Positions 1-10,730 are shown, numbered from the stretch's first letter. The stretch: DNA of 64,000 bases from Candidatus Helarchaeota archaeon (GCA_019058315.1 JAHPZH010000007.1:160001-224000), one strand, 5' to 3'. Program-made: numbers and translations. Notes: generated from the sequence alone by a model not told the origin.

Positions 1-162
1 TTTTCTATGAAATCTTTTCTTTGATTCTAATTCAACTTTAGTAACCAAACCCATAGCAGCGGTTGCGGCTAGTTCTTCAAATGAAATTAGATATTCTTCT
101 CTACAAGGAACTAAATAAGTTCCAATTATAGCCGCATCTGAATTTTTAATATTTCTTTCCAT
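1..162 (-). CDS. N-terminal part of a probable thiolase-family protein (runs off the window edge)
   Basis: My translation from ATG at 162: MERNIKNSDAAIIGTYLVPCREEYLISFEELAATAAMGLV... resembles the thiolase N-terminus (AIIG...S..ELA..A). Co-directional with, and 19 bp after, the prenyl synthase. Not in the ORF track. Confidence 0.5.
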   Translation of the reverse strand, partial: MERNIKNSDAAIIGTYLVPCREEYLISFEELAATAAMGLVTKVELESKKRFHRK

Positions 163-181
163 TATTTTAACCTATTTAATT

Positions 182-1234
182 TTATATATCTCTAAATTGA
201 ACAAAATCTACCAAATTCGAAAAAAATTGATTAGTACTTTTAGTAAATTTTATTTTATCGAGGACCTTTCTTGCTTGATTCACGATATCCAAAGCTTTTT
301 GTTTCGTATGTTCAAGAGCTTTAGTATCTTTAAATATTTGCTTAACAGTTTTAATTTCCTTTTCTGTAATTTCAGGTTTACCTAATAATTCTTGCAATCT
401 ATCATCCTTTTTATTTGCATAAATTGTAAGTAGGGTCTTTTTACCCTCCCTAATATCACTATCAGTAGGCTTTCCAATCTTCTGCTTCTTACCAAACACT
501 CCTAAAATATCATCTCGTATTTGAAAAGCTTTTCCCAATAATAAAGCAAACTGACTTAAAAGTGATTTATCTCTTTCAGATTTATCACCTAATAATGCTC
601 CTATTAGAATTGATTTTTCAAAAAGGGCTGATGTCTTACCTTCAATCATGGCCATATAATCCTTTTCTGAAACCATTTTTAAAGGTAAGTTCTGTAAATA
701 GGTTTCATACAAAACGCCATTAATAATATCCCGATAAGCTTGCTGATAATAAGTAACAGCCTTTTTAATGATATTGGTAGAAAAATTTGATGATAAGATA
801 GGCTCAAAGCCCATATCTAATAAATAATCACCACCCAAGATACCCATTGTAACCCCAAAATCTTTCTGTTGTGATGATTGACTTAAATTATAATCAAACC
901 ATTGTTGATAAGCCACATGAAAGCTGGGTTGTCCTCGCCGTGTCACATCATGGTCAATTATATCATCATGAATTAAAGATGCATTATGTAGTAACTCTAC
1001 ACAAATGGATAATTTATGAATTGCTTCTAGACTTCTTCCACCTTTCCCCTCATATGCAGCGATTAAAGCAATAGGTCTTAGTCTCTTACCTCCTGCTAAA
1101 ATAAACTGCTTTAAATCTGAATAATATTTAATAATAAATGGATTTTTTTCGGGAATCATCTTTTTAAAAAAGAAAATTCCAATTTCCACATCAATTATCT
1201 CTTTCTCATCTTTCAGAACTTTTTGAAAATCCAT
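182..1234 (-). CDS. idsA: Polyprenyl (geranylgeranyl-type) diphosphate synthase
   Basis: GGKRLRP, FARM LIHDDIIDHDVTRRG, KT, SARM FQIRDDILG, SDIREGKKT. Confidence 0.9.
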   Translation of the reverse strand: MDFQKVLKDEKEIIDVEIGIFFFKKMIPEKNPFIIKYYSDLKQFILAGGKRLRPIALIAAYEGKGGRSLEAIHKLSICVELLHNASLIHDDIIDHDVTRRGQPSFHVAYQQWFDYNLSQSSQQKDFGVTMGILGGDYLLDMGFEPILSSNFSTNIIKKAVTYYQQAYRDIINGVLYETYLQNLPLKMVSEKDYMAMIEGKTSALFEKSILIGALLGDKSERDKSLLSQFALLLGKAFQIRDDILGVFGKKQKIGKPTDSDIREGKKTLLTIYANKKDDRLQELLGKPEITEKEIKTVKQIFKDTKALEHTKQKALDIVNQARKVLDKIKFTKSTNQFFSNLVDFVQFRDI

Positions 1235-1376
1235 TATATTTCACATAAATTATTAAAACAATTACTTAATCATATAAAGAAATAATTATATTTAGAGTAT
1301 GGTTAACTTATTTAAAATTAATCCTTTTACCACTCCAAATCCAATTCATTATTAAAATTAATAAATTTGAATTATA

Positions 1377-2438
1377 TCACTCAATGACACCAGTATTTTT
1401 CGCTAAATGCTCAGCAGCATCTGCAGTAAGTCCCGAATTTATAATTGTGTACCTATCACGCATTTTATGAGCTATAGTGAGAGCTTCTATTATTTTATCA
1501 TCTTTTACTCTCAGTTCTTTCGCATTTATAGGTGCTTTTACATATTGTAAAGCTTTTTTAATTTGTTGCCAATCCCCATCATGTAAATACATCATCATTA
1601 TTGTTCCAACCCCGCATTGTTCACCATGTAATGCATATTCAGATCCTAAGAAATCTAATGCATGAGAAAATAAATGTTCACTTCCGCTTGCAGGTCTTGA
1701 AGATCCAGCCACTGAAATTGCGATACTTGAAGTTATTAAAGCTTCAAGGACGGTTCTTACACTTTCCTCTGTTGGTTTTATCTTTTCATAATTTTGTAAA
1801 AGCATCTCTGCAGATTGTTGTGACAACATTGCGGCAAAATGCCCATAATATTCATTTTTAATCCTGTGGGCAAATTTCCAATCTAATACAGCGGTTAGAT
1901 TTGCTAAAATATCACCAACTCCCGCAGTTAATAACCTAAACGGTGCTTTCGAGATAATTTCTGTATCAGCTAGAATTGCAATTGGTGTTTGTGCAACTAC
2001 TGTGTGTTCTTGTTCCATACCTTTAACAGAAGCAAATGGGGACGCAATTCCATCATGTGATAATGTGGTTGGAACACTAATAAATGGGAGACCTAATTCA
2101 TTACTTGCCAATTTTGCTATATCAATGTTTTTTCCCCCTCCAACCCCTAAAACAAGATCTGGTTTAACCTCAATCATTTCATCTTGACACCAATTAACAT
2201 AACCCATATTTGCTTCTTTAACTTCCATGAAACTTACATTATATTTCTCGTCCTCTAATGTATGCATTAATCTATTCCCAGCAATTTTCAATGTGGTTGG
2301 TCCAGTTACAATAAAAATAGTTCTCTTACCGTTATGAGAATGGAAACCCAATTTTTCGCAAAGTTCCCCAATTTTATCTAATACACCATGTCCTATTATT
2401 ATTTTTGATGGTAGATTAATTTTATGTGCTGGAATCAT
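1377..2438 (-). CDS. egsA: sn-glycerol-1-phosphate dehydrogenase
   Basis: GVGGGKNIDIAK, SVPTTLSHDGIASP, SSRPASGSEHLFSHALD, LHGEQCGVG. Confidence 0.95.
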   Translation of the reverse strand: MIPAHKINLPSKIIIGHGVLDKIGELCEKLGFHSHNGKRTIFIVTGPTTLKIAGNRLMHTLEDEKYNVSFMEVKEANMGYVNWCQDEMIEVKPDLVLGVGGGKNIDIAKLASNELGLPFISVPTTLSHDGIASPFASVKGMEQEHTVVAQTPIAILADTEIISKAPFRLLTAGVGDILANLTAVLDWKFAHRIKNEYYGHFAAMLSQQSAEMLLQNYEKIKPTEESVRTVLEALITSSIAISVAGSSRPASGSEHLFSHALDFLGSEYALHGEQCGVGTIMMMYLHDGDWQQIKKALQYVKAPINAKELRVKDDKIIEALTIAHKMRDRYTIINSGLTADAAEHLAKNTGVIE

Positions 2439-2471
2439 TTTTTTCTTACTCCTTGTTAATGTTCTTTTAAA

Positions 2472-3377
2472 TCACCATGGCAAAATTATATTTCTAAATG
2501 GATTTGGATCTGGTAATAATAAACCTGGAAATCCAAGTAAAAATGAAAATAACCCAATAAACATTCCAAATTTTAATATTCTTTTAACAAAATGGGCATT
2601 TTCGGAAGAATCCGGATTTCTTAAGAGTAATATTATAGAAATAATCATAATTGAGTCCACTCCTCCTAAAGCAACAAATAAATATATTTCATTAAATAAT
2701 TTGAAGAAATATGGAAGAGGGGAAAGAATTATTGTGAATATTAAAAATAAAACTGCCAAATATGATCCGTTTTTTCTACCAAGTAAAACTGCTAATGTTT
2801 TAACGCCCTCTTCTTTATCTCCAACATAATCGTCAACACCTTTTGTTATTTCACGACCAATATTCATTACAAAAGCCAATAAAGCTGCCCAGAAAGAAAA
2901 TTCAATTTTATTTAATGCCGCCCCACCTAATAAGAGACAAAAAGAGGTGAGCAAACCAATTGTAATATTTCCTATAAATCCTAATTTTTTGAATTTTAAA
3001 GAATATGCAGCAATAAATACAGAACCAATTAATAAAATTAATATTGCTTGAATATTTTCAGTTAAAAAAATGATTGCATCCCCTACCACAAAAAGGGCTA
3101 TAGTTAATATAAGGGCAGTATTTCTAGATATTCTTCCTGATGGAATTGCCCGCTCTGGACAATTTATTCTATCAATTTCTACATCCTTCCAATCATTTAA
3201 AGCATGACCTGCAGAAGCAGTTAAAAATGCGGCTAGGAAGCAAATTAAAACGTTAAATAAATTCCTTTCGAGATTAAACAAGAAACCACTTGCTATGGCT
3301 CCAATCAAAACTCCAATGGCTGCTCCTATACCATTTAGAGGGCGCATAATCTGAAAAGCACCCTTTACTGCTTCCAT
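2472..3377 (-). CDS. Digeranylgeranylglyceryl phosphate synthase (UbiA family)
   Basis: MRPLN, NDWKDVEIDRINCPERAIPSG, REITKGVDDYVGDKEEG; multiple transmembrane (TM) helices; lipid gene context. Confidence 0.9.
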   Translation of the reverse strand: MEAVKGAFQIMRPLNGIGAAIGVLIGAIASGFLFNLERNLFNVLICFLAAFLTASAGHALNDWKDVEIDRINCPERAIPSGRISRNTALILTIALFVVGDAIIFLTENIQAILILLIGSVFIAAYSLKFKKLGFIGNITIGLLTSFCLLLGGAALNKIEFSFWAALLAFVMNIGREITKGVDDYVGDKEEGVKTLAVLLGRKNGSYLAVLFLIFTIILSPLPYFFKLFNEIYLFVALGGVDSIMIISIILLLRNPDSSENAHFVKRILKFGMFIGLFSFLLGFPGLLLPDPNPFRNIILPW

Positions 3378-3378
3378 A

Positions 3379-4728
3379 TTAATCTATCCCACATATTTGA
3401 TAAACATTTTGATAAATATTTGTAATATGAGAAATCCAATTGTCTAATTTATCAGGAGATTTGGGAAAATTTCTATACATTGATTTAATCGTTTTCATCT
3501 CCTTTGCAACTTTTCTCAACTTATTTAATAAAGATAATTTTCTAATACCCCTAAATACTCTCTTTATCTTATCTGTAATTCTTAATTTAAATTCCTTACC
3601 TAAGGATGCATTTAAAATGTCTTCTTCAGTCATTATTTTATGTGACATTCCATAATTAAGATCCTGGTCGTCCATTAATTGTAATAATATCCTAAATAAG
3701 TCCAAACCAGCTTGTTTAGCCCCATACCCCTTCATATACTCTAAATTATAATTCCATAAAGATTTTTTGCTAGTATCTTCTTTCTCTAATGCTGAAATTA
3801 CAGTTTTTCCTGCGATAACTCCTGCTTGCATACTAGGACCAATCCCTCCACCATGAATCGGGTTTACTTGACAAGCAGAATCTCCCACCAATACTAGCCC
3901 ATCATCAACCAGACTGTATATTGGTCTACGAGTCGGAACAACTCCACCTCCACCTTTAATGAGAGTTGAATTTTCAAATAAAGGGTCATTTAGGACATGT
4001 GTTTGAAATAATGTTTTTGGATTTTTATGATCCGGAATCATCTGGACACCCAAACCCGAGTTAACCCTCGAATCACCTTCAGGAAATATCCAATAATATC
4101 CACCAGGAGCAAAACTAGAAGTTAAATATATTTTACAGTGTTGAGTATTTTCTAAACCCGAATTTAAATCACGAATCTCTCGATAACAAACCTCCACTTC
4201 GGTAGGTTGAATTTTATCATCATAAAACATTTTAATTTTATTTCTAATTACTGCATGGAATCCACTTGCATCTATAATGATTGATGCAATTAATTTTTGC
4301 TTCGTATTTTCTTTTAAATTTTTAATATGCACTCCCCATCCATTGTCAGTAATTGGCTCTAAGACTAATGCCTCATCAATTAATGTGACTCCTGCATCTA
4401 TTGCCTCATTAACTAATCTCTGTCCGAATAAATGTCGGTTTATTATAAACCCATCTCCAGGAACTGTAAACACAGTTTCTTTATCTGGAGATATTAATTC
4501 AATGGCGGTAATTGTATTCTCTAATTCCTCACCCTTTGGCGGTCCTAATATTCCACTTAAATCTTCAAAATGATGCTGACCTATGGCATCACCACAAACT
4601 TTGTCTCCTATATTAATTCTTGGTTTCTGATCTATCATACAAACGTTAAAGCCTGCTTTTGCAATTGTTTTTGCAGTTAATGAGCCCGCAGTTCCCGAGC
4701 CGACAATAATAACATCAAATGTAGCCAT
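3379..4728 (-). CDS. Digeranylgeranylglycerophospholipid reductase (geranylgeranyl reductase family)
   Basis: FAD motif DVIIVGSGTAG, KVCGDAI, PGGYYWIFP, LVGDSACQVNPIHGGGI. Confidence 0.92.
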   Translation of the reverse strand: MATFDVIIVGSGTAGSLTAKTIAKAGFNVCMIDQKPRINIGDKVCGDAIGQHHFEDLSGILGPPKGEELENTITAIELISPDKETVFTVPGDGFIINRHLFGQRLVNEAIDAGVTLIDEALVLEPITDNGWGVHIKNLKENTKQKLIASIIIDASGFHAVIRNKIKMFYDDKIQPTEVEVCYREIRDLNSGLENTQHCKIYLTSSFAPGGYYWIFPEGDSRVNSGLGVQMIPDHKNPKTLFQTHVLNDPLFENSTLIKGGGGVVPTRRPIYSLVDDGLVLVGDSACQVNPIHGGGIGPSMQAGVIAGKTVISALEKEDTSKKSLWNYNLEYMKGYGAKQAGLDLFRILLQLMDDQDLNYGMSHKIMTEEDILNASLGKEFKLRITDKIKRVFRGIRKLSLLNKLRKVAKEMKTIKSMYRNFPKSPDKLDNWISHITNIYQNVYQICGID

Positions 4729-5009
4729 TCTGTCAATTCCAAATTTTTTTATCGTAAAAAAAAATTAATTTTGTGGAATATATTTCAAAAAAAGCTTTAA
4801 AAATCTCTATCATACCAAAAAAAAATATTTTAAAATTATAAAATATAGCGAAAAACCTTTAATTTATGATTAATTCAAAAAATTTTCAATTTTAATTGGT
4901 CTAAATGGATCTAAAGTTAATTTATTCTAATATCAAAAAGAAGTGTTTAGTTAAATAAAAAATATTTTAATGAAAGTTTTTATTAATTTTAAAGTAATTT
5001 AGGCTTTCA

Positions 5010-6092
5010 CTAAAGAGAATCAATCAGTCCTTTCCAGTCAACGTGTTTTTCAATCAATTCTTGAGCCAATTTAATTTTTTCTTTGTTTTCTAAAGATATA
5101 TATCCTTGAGCATTAGCAAGAAGTCTGGCAGTTGTGTTCGTGTCATAGGGCACAAGAATTATAGGGACATTTAGTTCTCTTGCTTTGACCAAAATTGTTA
5201 CTGGTGGATAAAGATTTCCTGTACAAATAAGTACATTAAATTGTTTTGTTTCTAAAGCAGCAGTTAATAGATCTGGTCTATCTCCTCCTGTTATTAAGCA
5301 ATTATCCACAGTCCTTCTGAAATATTTTATTGCATTCTCTGGGTTCATTGCTCCAACAAGTAGATTTTGAACTAATTTTAATCTAGCCTCTTTAGTATCC
5401 GCTTCAATGATCGAACCACCTATAATTGAAAAAATATCGTCAACAGTTGGAGAAATTAATTTTGATTCAATTGGTATTATACCCCACGTTTTAAGTCCTG
5501 TTTGATTCTTTATGACTGGAATAAATTCGGATTTTATAGTTTTAACCGCATGTGAACTTACATTATTAAACAAAATACCAGCTAACTCTGCTTTATTTAG
5601 ACTAAAATATTCTTTTTGTAAGAAAATATCATCTAATAGTGTATATTCCTCTCCATTAGTAATTACAAGACTTTTAGCTTGCAAAAATTTTCCAAAAACT
5701 GGATTACATAGTCCTAATACCGCCATATCTTGATTTCTCTGTTGTCCTTCTATGATCATAATATCGTAATTCGCAGATACTCTTTCAAATGTATCAACTA
5801 TTTTTTGAATTGTCTCCTTTCTTTTTTCTTTTGACAATACTTGAAGAATGAATTCCCTACTTAAAAGGACAGGACATAGATCTTCTGGAGATTCTTTCAA
5901 ATCTAACAAAGCTTTCATCATCATTGCATCATTATCTTGAATTACTTTACCAGTTGGAGTCTCCTTTTTGCGCCCTATAGGTTTGAAGTATCCTACTTTA
6001 TGACCTGCTTTTTTCAACAATAGAGAAAGACCTACGATAACTGCTGTTTTTCCCGAAAATCTCCTTGGTGATGTAATAAATAATTTCTTTAT
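5010..6092 (-). CDS. Phosphotransacetylase N-terminal-like protein (BioD-like P-loop + DRTGG domain)
   Basis: GYFKPIG, IIEG, ITGGDRPD. The frame stays open upstream of the track start (6020) through KKLFITSPRRFSGKTAV to ATA at 6092, downstream of SD GGAGATGA. Confidence 0.85.
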   Translation of the reverse strand: MKKLFITSPRRFSGKTAVIVGLSLLLKKAGHKVGYFKPIGRKKETPTGKVIQDNDAMMMKALLDLKESPEDLCPVLLSREFILQVLSKEKRKETIQKIVDTFERVSANYDIMIIEGQQRNQDMAVLGLCNPVFGKFLQAKSLVITNGEEYTLLDDIFLQKEYFSLNKAELAGILFNNVSSHAVKTIKSEFIPVIKNQTGLKTWGIIPIESKLISPTVDDIFSIIGGSIIEADTKEARLKLVQNLLVGAMNPENAIKYFRRTVDNCLITGGDRPDLLTAALETKQFNVLICTGNLYPPVTILVKARELNVPIILVPYDTNTTARLLANAQGYISLENKEKIKLAQELIEKHVDWKGLIDSL

Positions 6093-8224
6093 TTTTGTTC
6101 ATCTCCTATACTTAATGTGATTTTAACATCTAAAGCAACAGATTTTTTACCTTTTTCAAATACAAATAAAGGATTTACATCCAATTCATTAATAATGGGA
6201 TAATCTTTACATAATTTTCCAACTCTACAAATGACATCTACTAAAGAATCGATGTCTGAGGGTGGTTCTCCCCTAGCTCCTTTTAATAATGAATATACTT
6301 TTGTTTCACTAACCATTTTAAAGGCTTCTTTTTTACTTAATCCCTTATGATTTAAGCGAAATGCAACATCCTGGAGGAAATTTACATAAATACCTCCTAA
6401 TCCAGTCATTATTAAAGGACCAAATTGAGGGTCTCTATTCATACCAATAATTATTTCTTTAAAATTAGGTATATCGACCATCTCTTGAACTTCAATACCA
6501 TAAATTTGTGCAGTTGGCATTGCTCTTGTAACTCTGCTCATTATAGTTTTATATGTATTCCTAACTTCTTGAGCATCCTTAATCTTAATAACAACTCCAC
6601 CTATATCCGACTTATGAAGTATTTGTGGTGAACAAATTTTCATTACTACTGGATATCCAAATTTTTCTGCAACTGATACAGCCTCATCGGCGGATGTTGT
6701 AAGCTGTACTTTAGGAACTGGTATTCCGTATGCTGAAGCTATGTTAACTGCTTCGGGTTCGAGCAATACAAGTCTATTATCATCTCTAACACTTTTAAAT
6801 ATCCGATCTACTTTTGCTCGATCAATACTATCAAATTCAGCGGGTGGATCTTTTGCCTTAAGTTCCTCTTGATAATCAAAATAGAGTGATAAACCTTTTA
6901 AAGCTCTAACTCCCCTTTCTGGAAAATCATAACATGGAATATTTGCTTTAGAGAGGATTTCCGCACCTTCTTCCACACTCTTTCCTCCCATATATGCCGT
7001 AACTATAGGTTTATCCTTAAAACTTGGAGCAATTTTAACTACTTTATTTGAAGTTTCTTTAAATTCGGTCATTGCTTGAGGAGACATAAGAATTATTACC
7101 ATATGAACGTGTTCGTCTTCTAAACAAGTTTTTAGGGCAAATTCATATCGATCGCTGTCTGCATCTCCTAACACATCAACAGGATTTAGAACTGCTGCTG
7201 CAGCTGGAAGTCCCTCATGTAATTTATTAATTGTTTCTGTTAAAAATCCAGCAACTCTTAATTGATTCTTCTCAACAGCATCAGTACATATGATGCCTGG
7301 TCCACCGGCATTAGTAATAATTGCTACTCCCTTGCCTTTAGGAATTGGTTGATTTGATAAAGCAATAGCGTAATCAAATAGACTTTGCATATCATCTGCA
7401 CGTATAACCCCTGTTTGTTTAAAAGCCATCTCATAAGCGATATCTGCACCAGCAAGCGCTCCGGTATGTGATGATGCGGCTTTTGCTCCTGCGCTTGATG
7501 TACCCGATTTTAAGATTACAATAGGCTTTTTTGAGTTTTCTGCTACATCTAGAAATTTCTCTCCATTAACTATATTTTCAAGATATAGAAGAATGACTTT
7601 AGTTTCTGGATCTTTTGAAAGGGCTTCAACAAAATCGACTGAATTTAAATCTGCTTTATTTCCTAAAGAAATGAATTTACTAAAACCTATACCTTCTTGT
7701 AAACTCCAATCTAATATGGAAGTAAGCATTGCCCCTGATTGCGATATAAAAGCAATAGAACCCTTAAGCGGGGCTCTTGGAGCAAAGGTAGCATTTAATA
7801 ATGTTTTAGAACCATAACTAGTTAATCCCAAAACATTTGGTCCCAACATTCTAATTCCATATTCCTTACAGATTGAAACCAGCTTCTTTTCAAGTTCTGC
7901 TCCCTCAACACCAATTTCCTTGAATCCTGCAGATATCACAATTACTGCAGTAATCTTTTTTCGACCACATTGTTCTAATACACTTGGAACAAACTTAGCT
8001 GGAATAATAATCACTGCAAGGTCAACGTTATCTGGGACATCTTCAACAGATGGATAAGCTTTTTTTCCTAAAATTTCAGTAGCTTTGGGGTTAATTGGAT
8101 AAATTTTCCCACTATAACCGCCTTGAATTATATTGTTAAGAACGGCATATCCTACTTTAGCGGGGTTACTCGATGCTCCAATAACAGCTACTGATTCTGG
8201 ATTGAAAAACTTATCTATAATCAT
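6089..8224 (-). CDS. acdAB: ADP-forming acetate/acyl-CoA ligase, fused alpha-beta chain
   Basis: SVAVIGAS, GPNVLG, SQSGA, SHTGALAG phospho-His, TNAGGPG, NPVDVLGDA; C-terminal ATP-grasp with HKSDIGGV, DPQFGP, ELDVNP. Confidence 0.93.
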   Translation of the reverse strand: MIIDKFFNPESVAVIGASSNPAKVGYAVLNNIIQGGYSGKIYPINPKATEILGKKAYPSVEDVPDNVDLAVIIIPAKFVPSVLEQCGRKKITAVIVISAGFKEIGVEGAELEKKLVSICKEYGIRMLGPNVLGLTSYGSKTLLNATFAPRAPLKGSIAFISQSGAMLTSILDWSLQEGIGFSKFISLGNKADLNSVDFVEALSKDPETKVILLYLENIVNGEKFLDVAENSKKPIVILKSGTSSAGAKAASSHTGALAGADIAYEMAFKQTGVIRADDMQSLFDYAIALSNQPIPKGKGVAIITNAGGPGIICTDAVEKNQLRVAGFLTETINKLHEGLPAAAAVLNPVDVLGDADSDRYEFALKTCLEDEHVHMVIILMSPQAMTEFKETSNKVVKIAPSFKDKPIVTAYMGGKSVEEGAEILSKANIPCYDFPERGVRALKGLSLYFDYQEELKAKDPPAEFDSIDRAKVDRIFKSVRDDNRLVLLEPEAVNIASAYGIPVPKVQLTTSADEAVSVAEKFGYPVVMKICSPQILHKSDIGGVVIKIKDAQEVRNTYKTIMSRVTRAMPTAQIYGIEVQEMVDIPNFKEIIIGMNRDPQFGPLIMTGLGGIYVNFLQDVAFRLNHKGLSKKEAFKMVSETKVYSLLKGARGEPPSDIDSLVDVICRVGKLCKDYPIINELDVNPLFVFEKGKKSVALDVKITLSIGDEQK

Positions 8225-8309
8225 TTTTCAAAAATCCTTAATAATTTAACAAAACTGGGTTTTTTAAAATTTAAATCTTTTTTAACACACTAATTTAAAT
8301 GAATTATTA

Positions 8310-8951
8310 TTATTTTATTTGGATTGGGATATAATAAACAATATTATTTTCATTTATTGAATTAATGAAATTGAATTCTAATAATTTTTTGATATGTGGT
8401 CTTATTTGACCATGATCTAAATTTAAAATTCTCTCTAGTTCAGAAAGTCTTAATTTCTTATGGAGTTTAATTTGATGATAAATTAACTTTGTTCTTAAAT
8501 TCTTAAATAATAGTATTTCCATATCAAATTCTTCATTTGTATCAGATAAAAAATAAACTTTTTTATTCATGAATTTCTTACTTCGAAGGAAATCGAACAT
8601 TTCTAAGTATTCAAGATTTCTGAACGTTTCATAAGCACCAAGATTAAGTTCTTCCCTAATCTCCCTTACATGAGTTCCAGGATGTTCCAATATGTAATAA
8701 TATATTCTCCTACGATTTTTATTATTTAATATATTTTTCTTTGTTAAATTAAGACCTTCAATTAAATATTTCTTTTCAAATAGTTGATTTAAAGCAATGT
8801 AAATTTCTTCTTTTGAATAACTCAATTGAGAAACTGCTTCTTCAAATAAATTTTCAGCTCTTATTGCCTTCTTTTTTCCTCCTAAATCTGTCGCAATAAT
8901 TAAAATTAGTCTTTCAATAACCCCAAGCTCTTCTAAAAACAAATTAAACAC
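8310..8951 (-). CDS. Winged-helix (ArsR-like, tandem wHTH) transcriptional regulator
   Basis: NKNRRRIYYYILEHPGTHVREIREELNL and a second HTH LRLSELERILNLDHGQIRPHIKKL. Confidence 0.7.
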   Translation of the reverse strand: MFNLFLEELGVIERLILIIATDLGGKKKAIRAENLFEEAVSQLSYSKEEIYIALNQLFEKKYLIEGLNLTKKNILNNKNRRRIYYYILEHPGTHVREIREELNLGAYETFRNLEYLEMFDFLRSKKFMNKKVYFLSDTNEEFDMEILLFKNLRTKLIYHQIKLHKKLRLSELERILNLDHGQIRPHIKKLLEFNFINSINENNIVYYIPIQIK

Positions 8952-9059
8952 TCGTTTATTGTTATTTAGAATTGGAATTTTCCATTTAAAAAATTTTATG
9001 TAATTGCAATAGTTGAAATCTTATTTTACTAAAATAAAGAGATAAAAAAATAATTAATT

Positions 9060-10730
9060 TTATTTCTCAAGATTTTCTACTTTTCTTAACCATTCATCAA
9101 TTTTTTCAGTTTTGATTGTGACAAGATCTCTTAAAAGTAGTTCTTTTTCTTTTTCTGTTAGATTTTTAATAGCTTTCACTCTTGAATATATATCTGATGA
9201 TAATAATTTAAACGATTTTACCATGATATTTTCTTTATCAACAGAATAAGTGCTTTCATTGTTTCTATTTTCATCAGACTGTTTTAAAATATCTAATATT
9301 TCTTTTGCATTTAAAGTTGATTTGGATTTAGATCCATACATTGTTGTGGGTTCTTGAATTAAAGCCTTTTCTTTAGTTTTTATTATTTTTCTAATTTCTT
9401 TAGCACCTAAATATACTCCCTTAGTAGATTTTTTTTCTATTGACCTTTTAGATTCTGATTTATCCTTATATTTATACACGGCTATTGCTGTGAACGTAAT
9501 CGAGACAGCTGCAATACTACCGATGATTATAATTATAATTATTGTATAATCGTCACCTGGTATCACAATCCATGGAAAAGGACTATCAATTATATTTACG
9601 GTGAATTGATAAAAAGATGAGAATCTGGCATTTCCATCTGTGTCGTTGACGAATATTGAATATGTTATTGTTCTACCCGTGGCATTTGGAGGAATAATAC
9701 TCGTAAAATTCCAATAGCCATCTGTGGTATTCCCCGAAATAAGTGTCATGTCGAAATATTTGAATAAACCGTATAGGTCTGAATAAAGCCCGACATGAGA
9801 AACTCCAATATTATCTTTGATTCGAACTGTAATATATAATTGATCAAAAATCTGAAAATTTTGTTTATTTATCCAAATATCTAGTATTTTTGGTATTTCA
9901 CTTTCAGTTAGATTATAGACAAATTCTACTTGGTTAATGAGGAACTGTTTACATGTAGTAGTCATATAATCATCCCTAAAATAACCCTCATATGACCATA
10001 ATAAAATTCTAATATTATTTTCATACCCTTTATAATGTCCAAAATTCACATGATCACTTTGAATATTCTCTGCATATCCTATAATTTCAAAATCAGCATC
10101 AGAAGTACTAAAGGTCCTACTCGTTCTCATATAAGTAGTATCTATTGCAAATGTTAATGGTAGATTATAGGGATTGTTTAATACAGGATGACTACCTTGA
10201 GAAGATAACATCCTCTGAGCATCACTTCCACTCACCACTATACTTCCATAATTTGAATAAGACAATCCTAAAGCAAATACGAATAAACTTCCGCCCCTAC
10301 CTCTTGCTATTATAGGTTTTCCAATATCTGCTATTCCTTCTGCTTCAGTTGTAGTCCAAGCATGAGGGACGTAACCCTCTTGACAATCACCAATTAGTAA
10401 TACATCGTAAGGATCAGCTAATGACGGATCATTGAGTAACTCTTGATAATGTAATGTGCTAGTTTCATAACTTCCAAAATCTCTTAATATACGTAACCAA
10501 TTCACATCATGATCCATTGAAATATAGGAAGTATTAACAAATAAAATATCTAAATCACTAGCTTTTATCTCTAAGCGTTGATCTTCCTCATCAGTTTTGG
10601 CATACAAATTTGGGAATGAAAGGTTACTCGAATTATATATTGAATAACTGATTATAATTGCGCTGAAAATGAAAATAGCTACCACTATTAAATAAATTCC
10701 TTTATTATATTTATATCCCATTAGATTCAC
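9060..10730 (-). CDS. Membrane-anchored extracellular protein with cytoplasmic C-terminal tail
   Basis: N-terminal hydrophobic helix; beta-rich Ig-like segment (YITVRIKDNIGV...YSIFVNDTDGN) with N-x-S/T sequons; TM IIIIIIIGSIAAVSITFTAIAVY; charged tail. Likely start is ATG near 10721 after SD AGGTGA. Confidence 0.65.
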   Translation of the reverse strand: MNLMGYKYNKGIYLIVVAIFIFSAIIISYSIYNSSNLSFPNLYAKTDEEDQRLEIKASDLDILFVNTSYISMDHDVNWLRILRDFGSYETSTLHYQELLNDPSLADPYDVLLIGDCQEGYVPHAWTTTEAEGIADIGKPIIARGRGGSLFVFALGLSYSNYGSIVVSGSDAQRMLSSQGSHPVLNNPYNLPLTFAIDTTYMRTSRTFSTSDADFEIIGYAENIQSDHVNFGHYKGYENNIRILLWSYEGYFRDDYMTTTCKQFLINQVEFVYNLTESEIPKILDIWINKQNFQIFDQLYITVRIKDNIGVSHVGLYSDLYGLFKYFDMTLISGNTTDGYWNFTSIIPPNATGRTITYSIFVNDTDGNARFSSFYQFTVNIIDSPFPWIVIPGDDYTIIIIIIIGSIAAVSITFTAIAVYKYKDKSESKRSIEKKSTKGVYLGAKEIRKIIKTKEKALIQEPTTMYGSKSKSTLNAKEILDILKQSDENRNNESTYSVDKENIMVKSFKLLSSDIYSRVKAIKNLTEKEKELLLRDLVTIKTEKIDEWLRKVENLEK

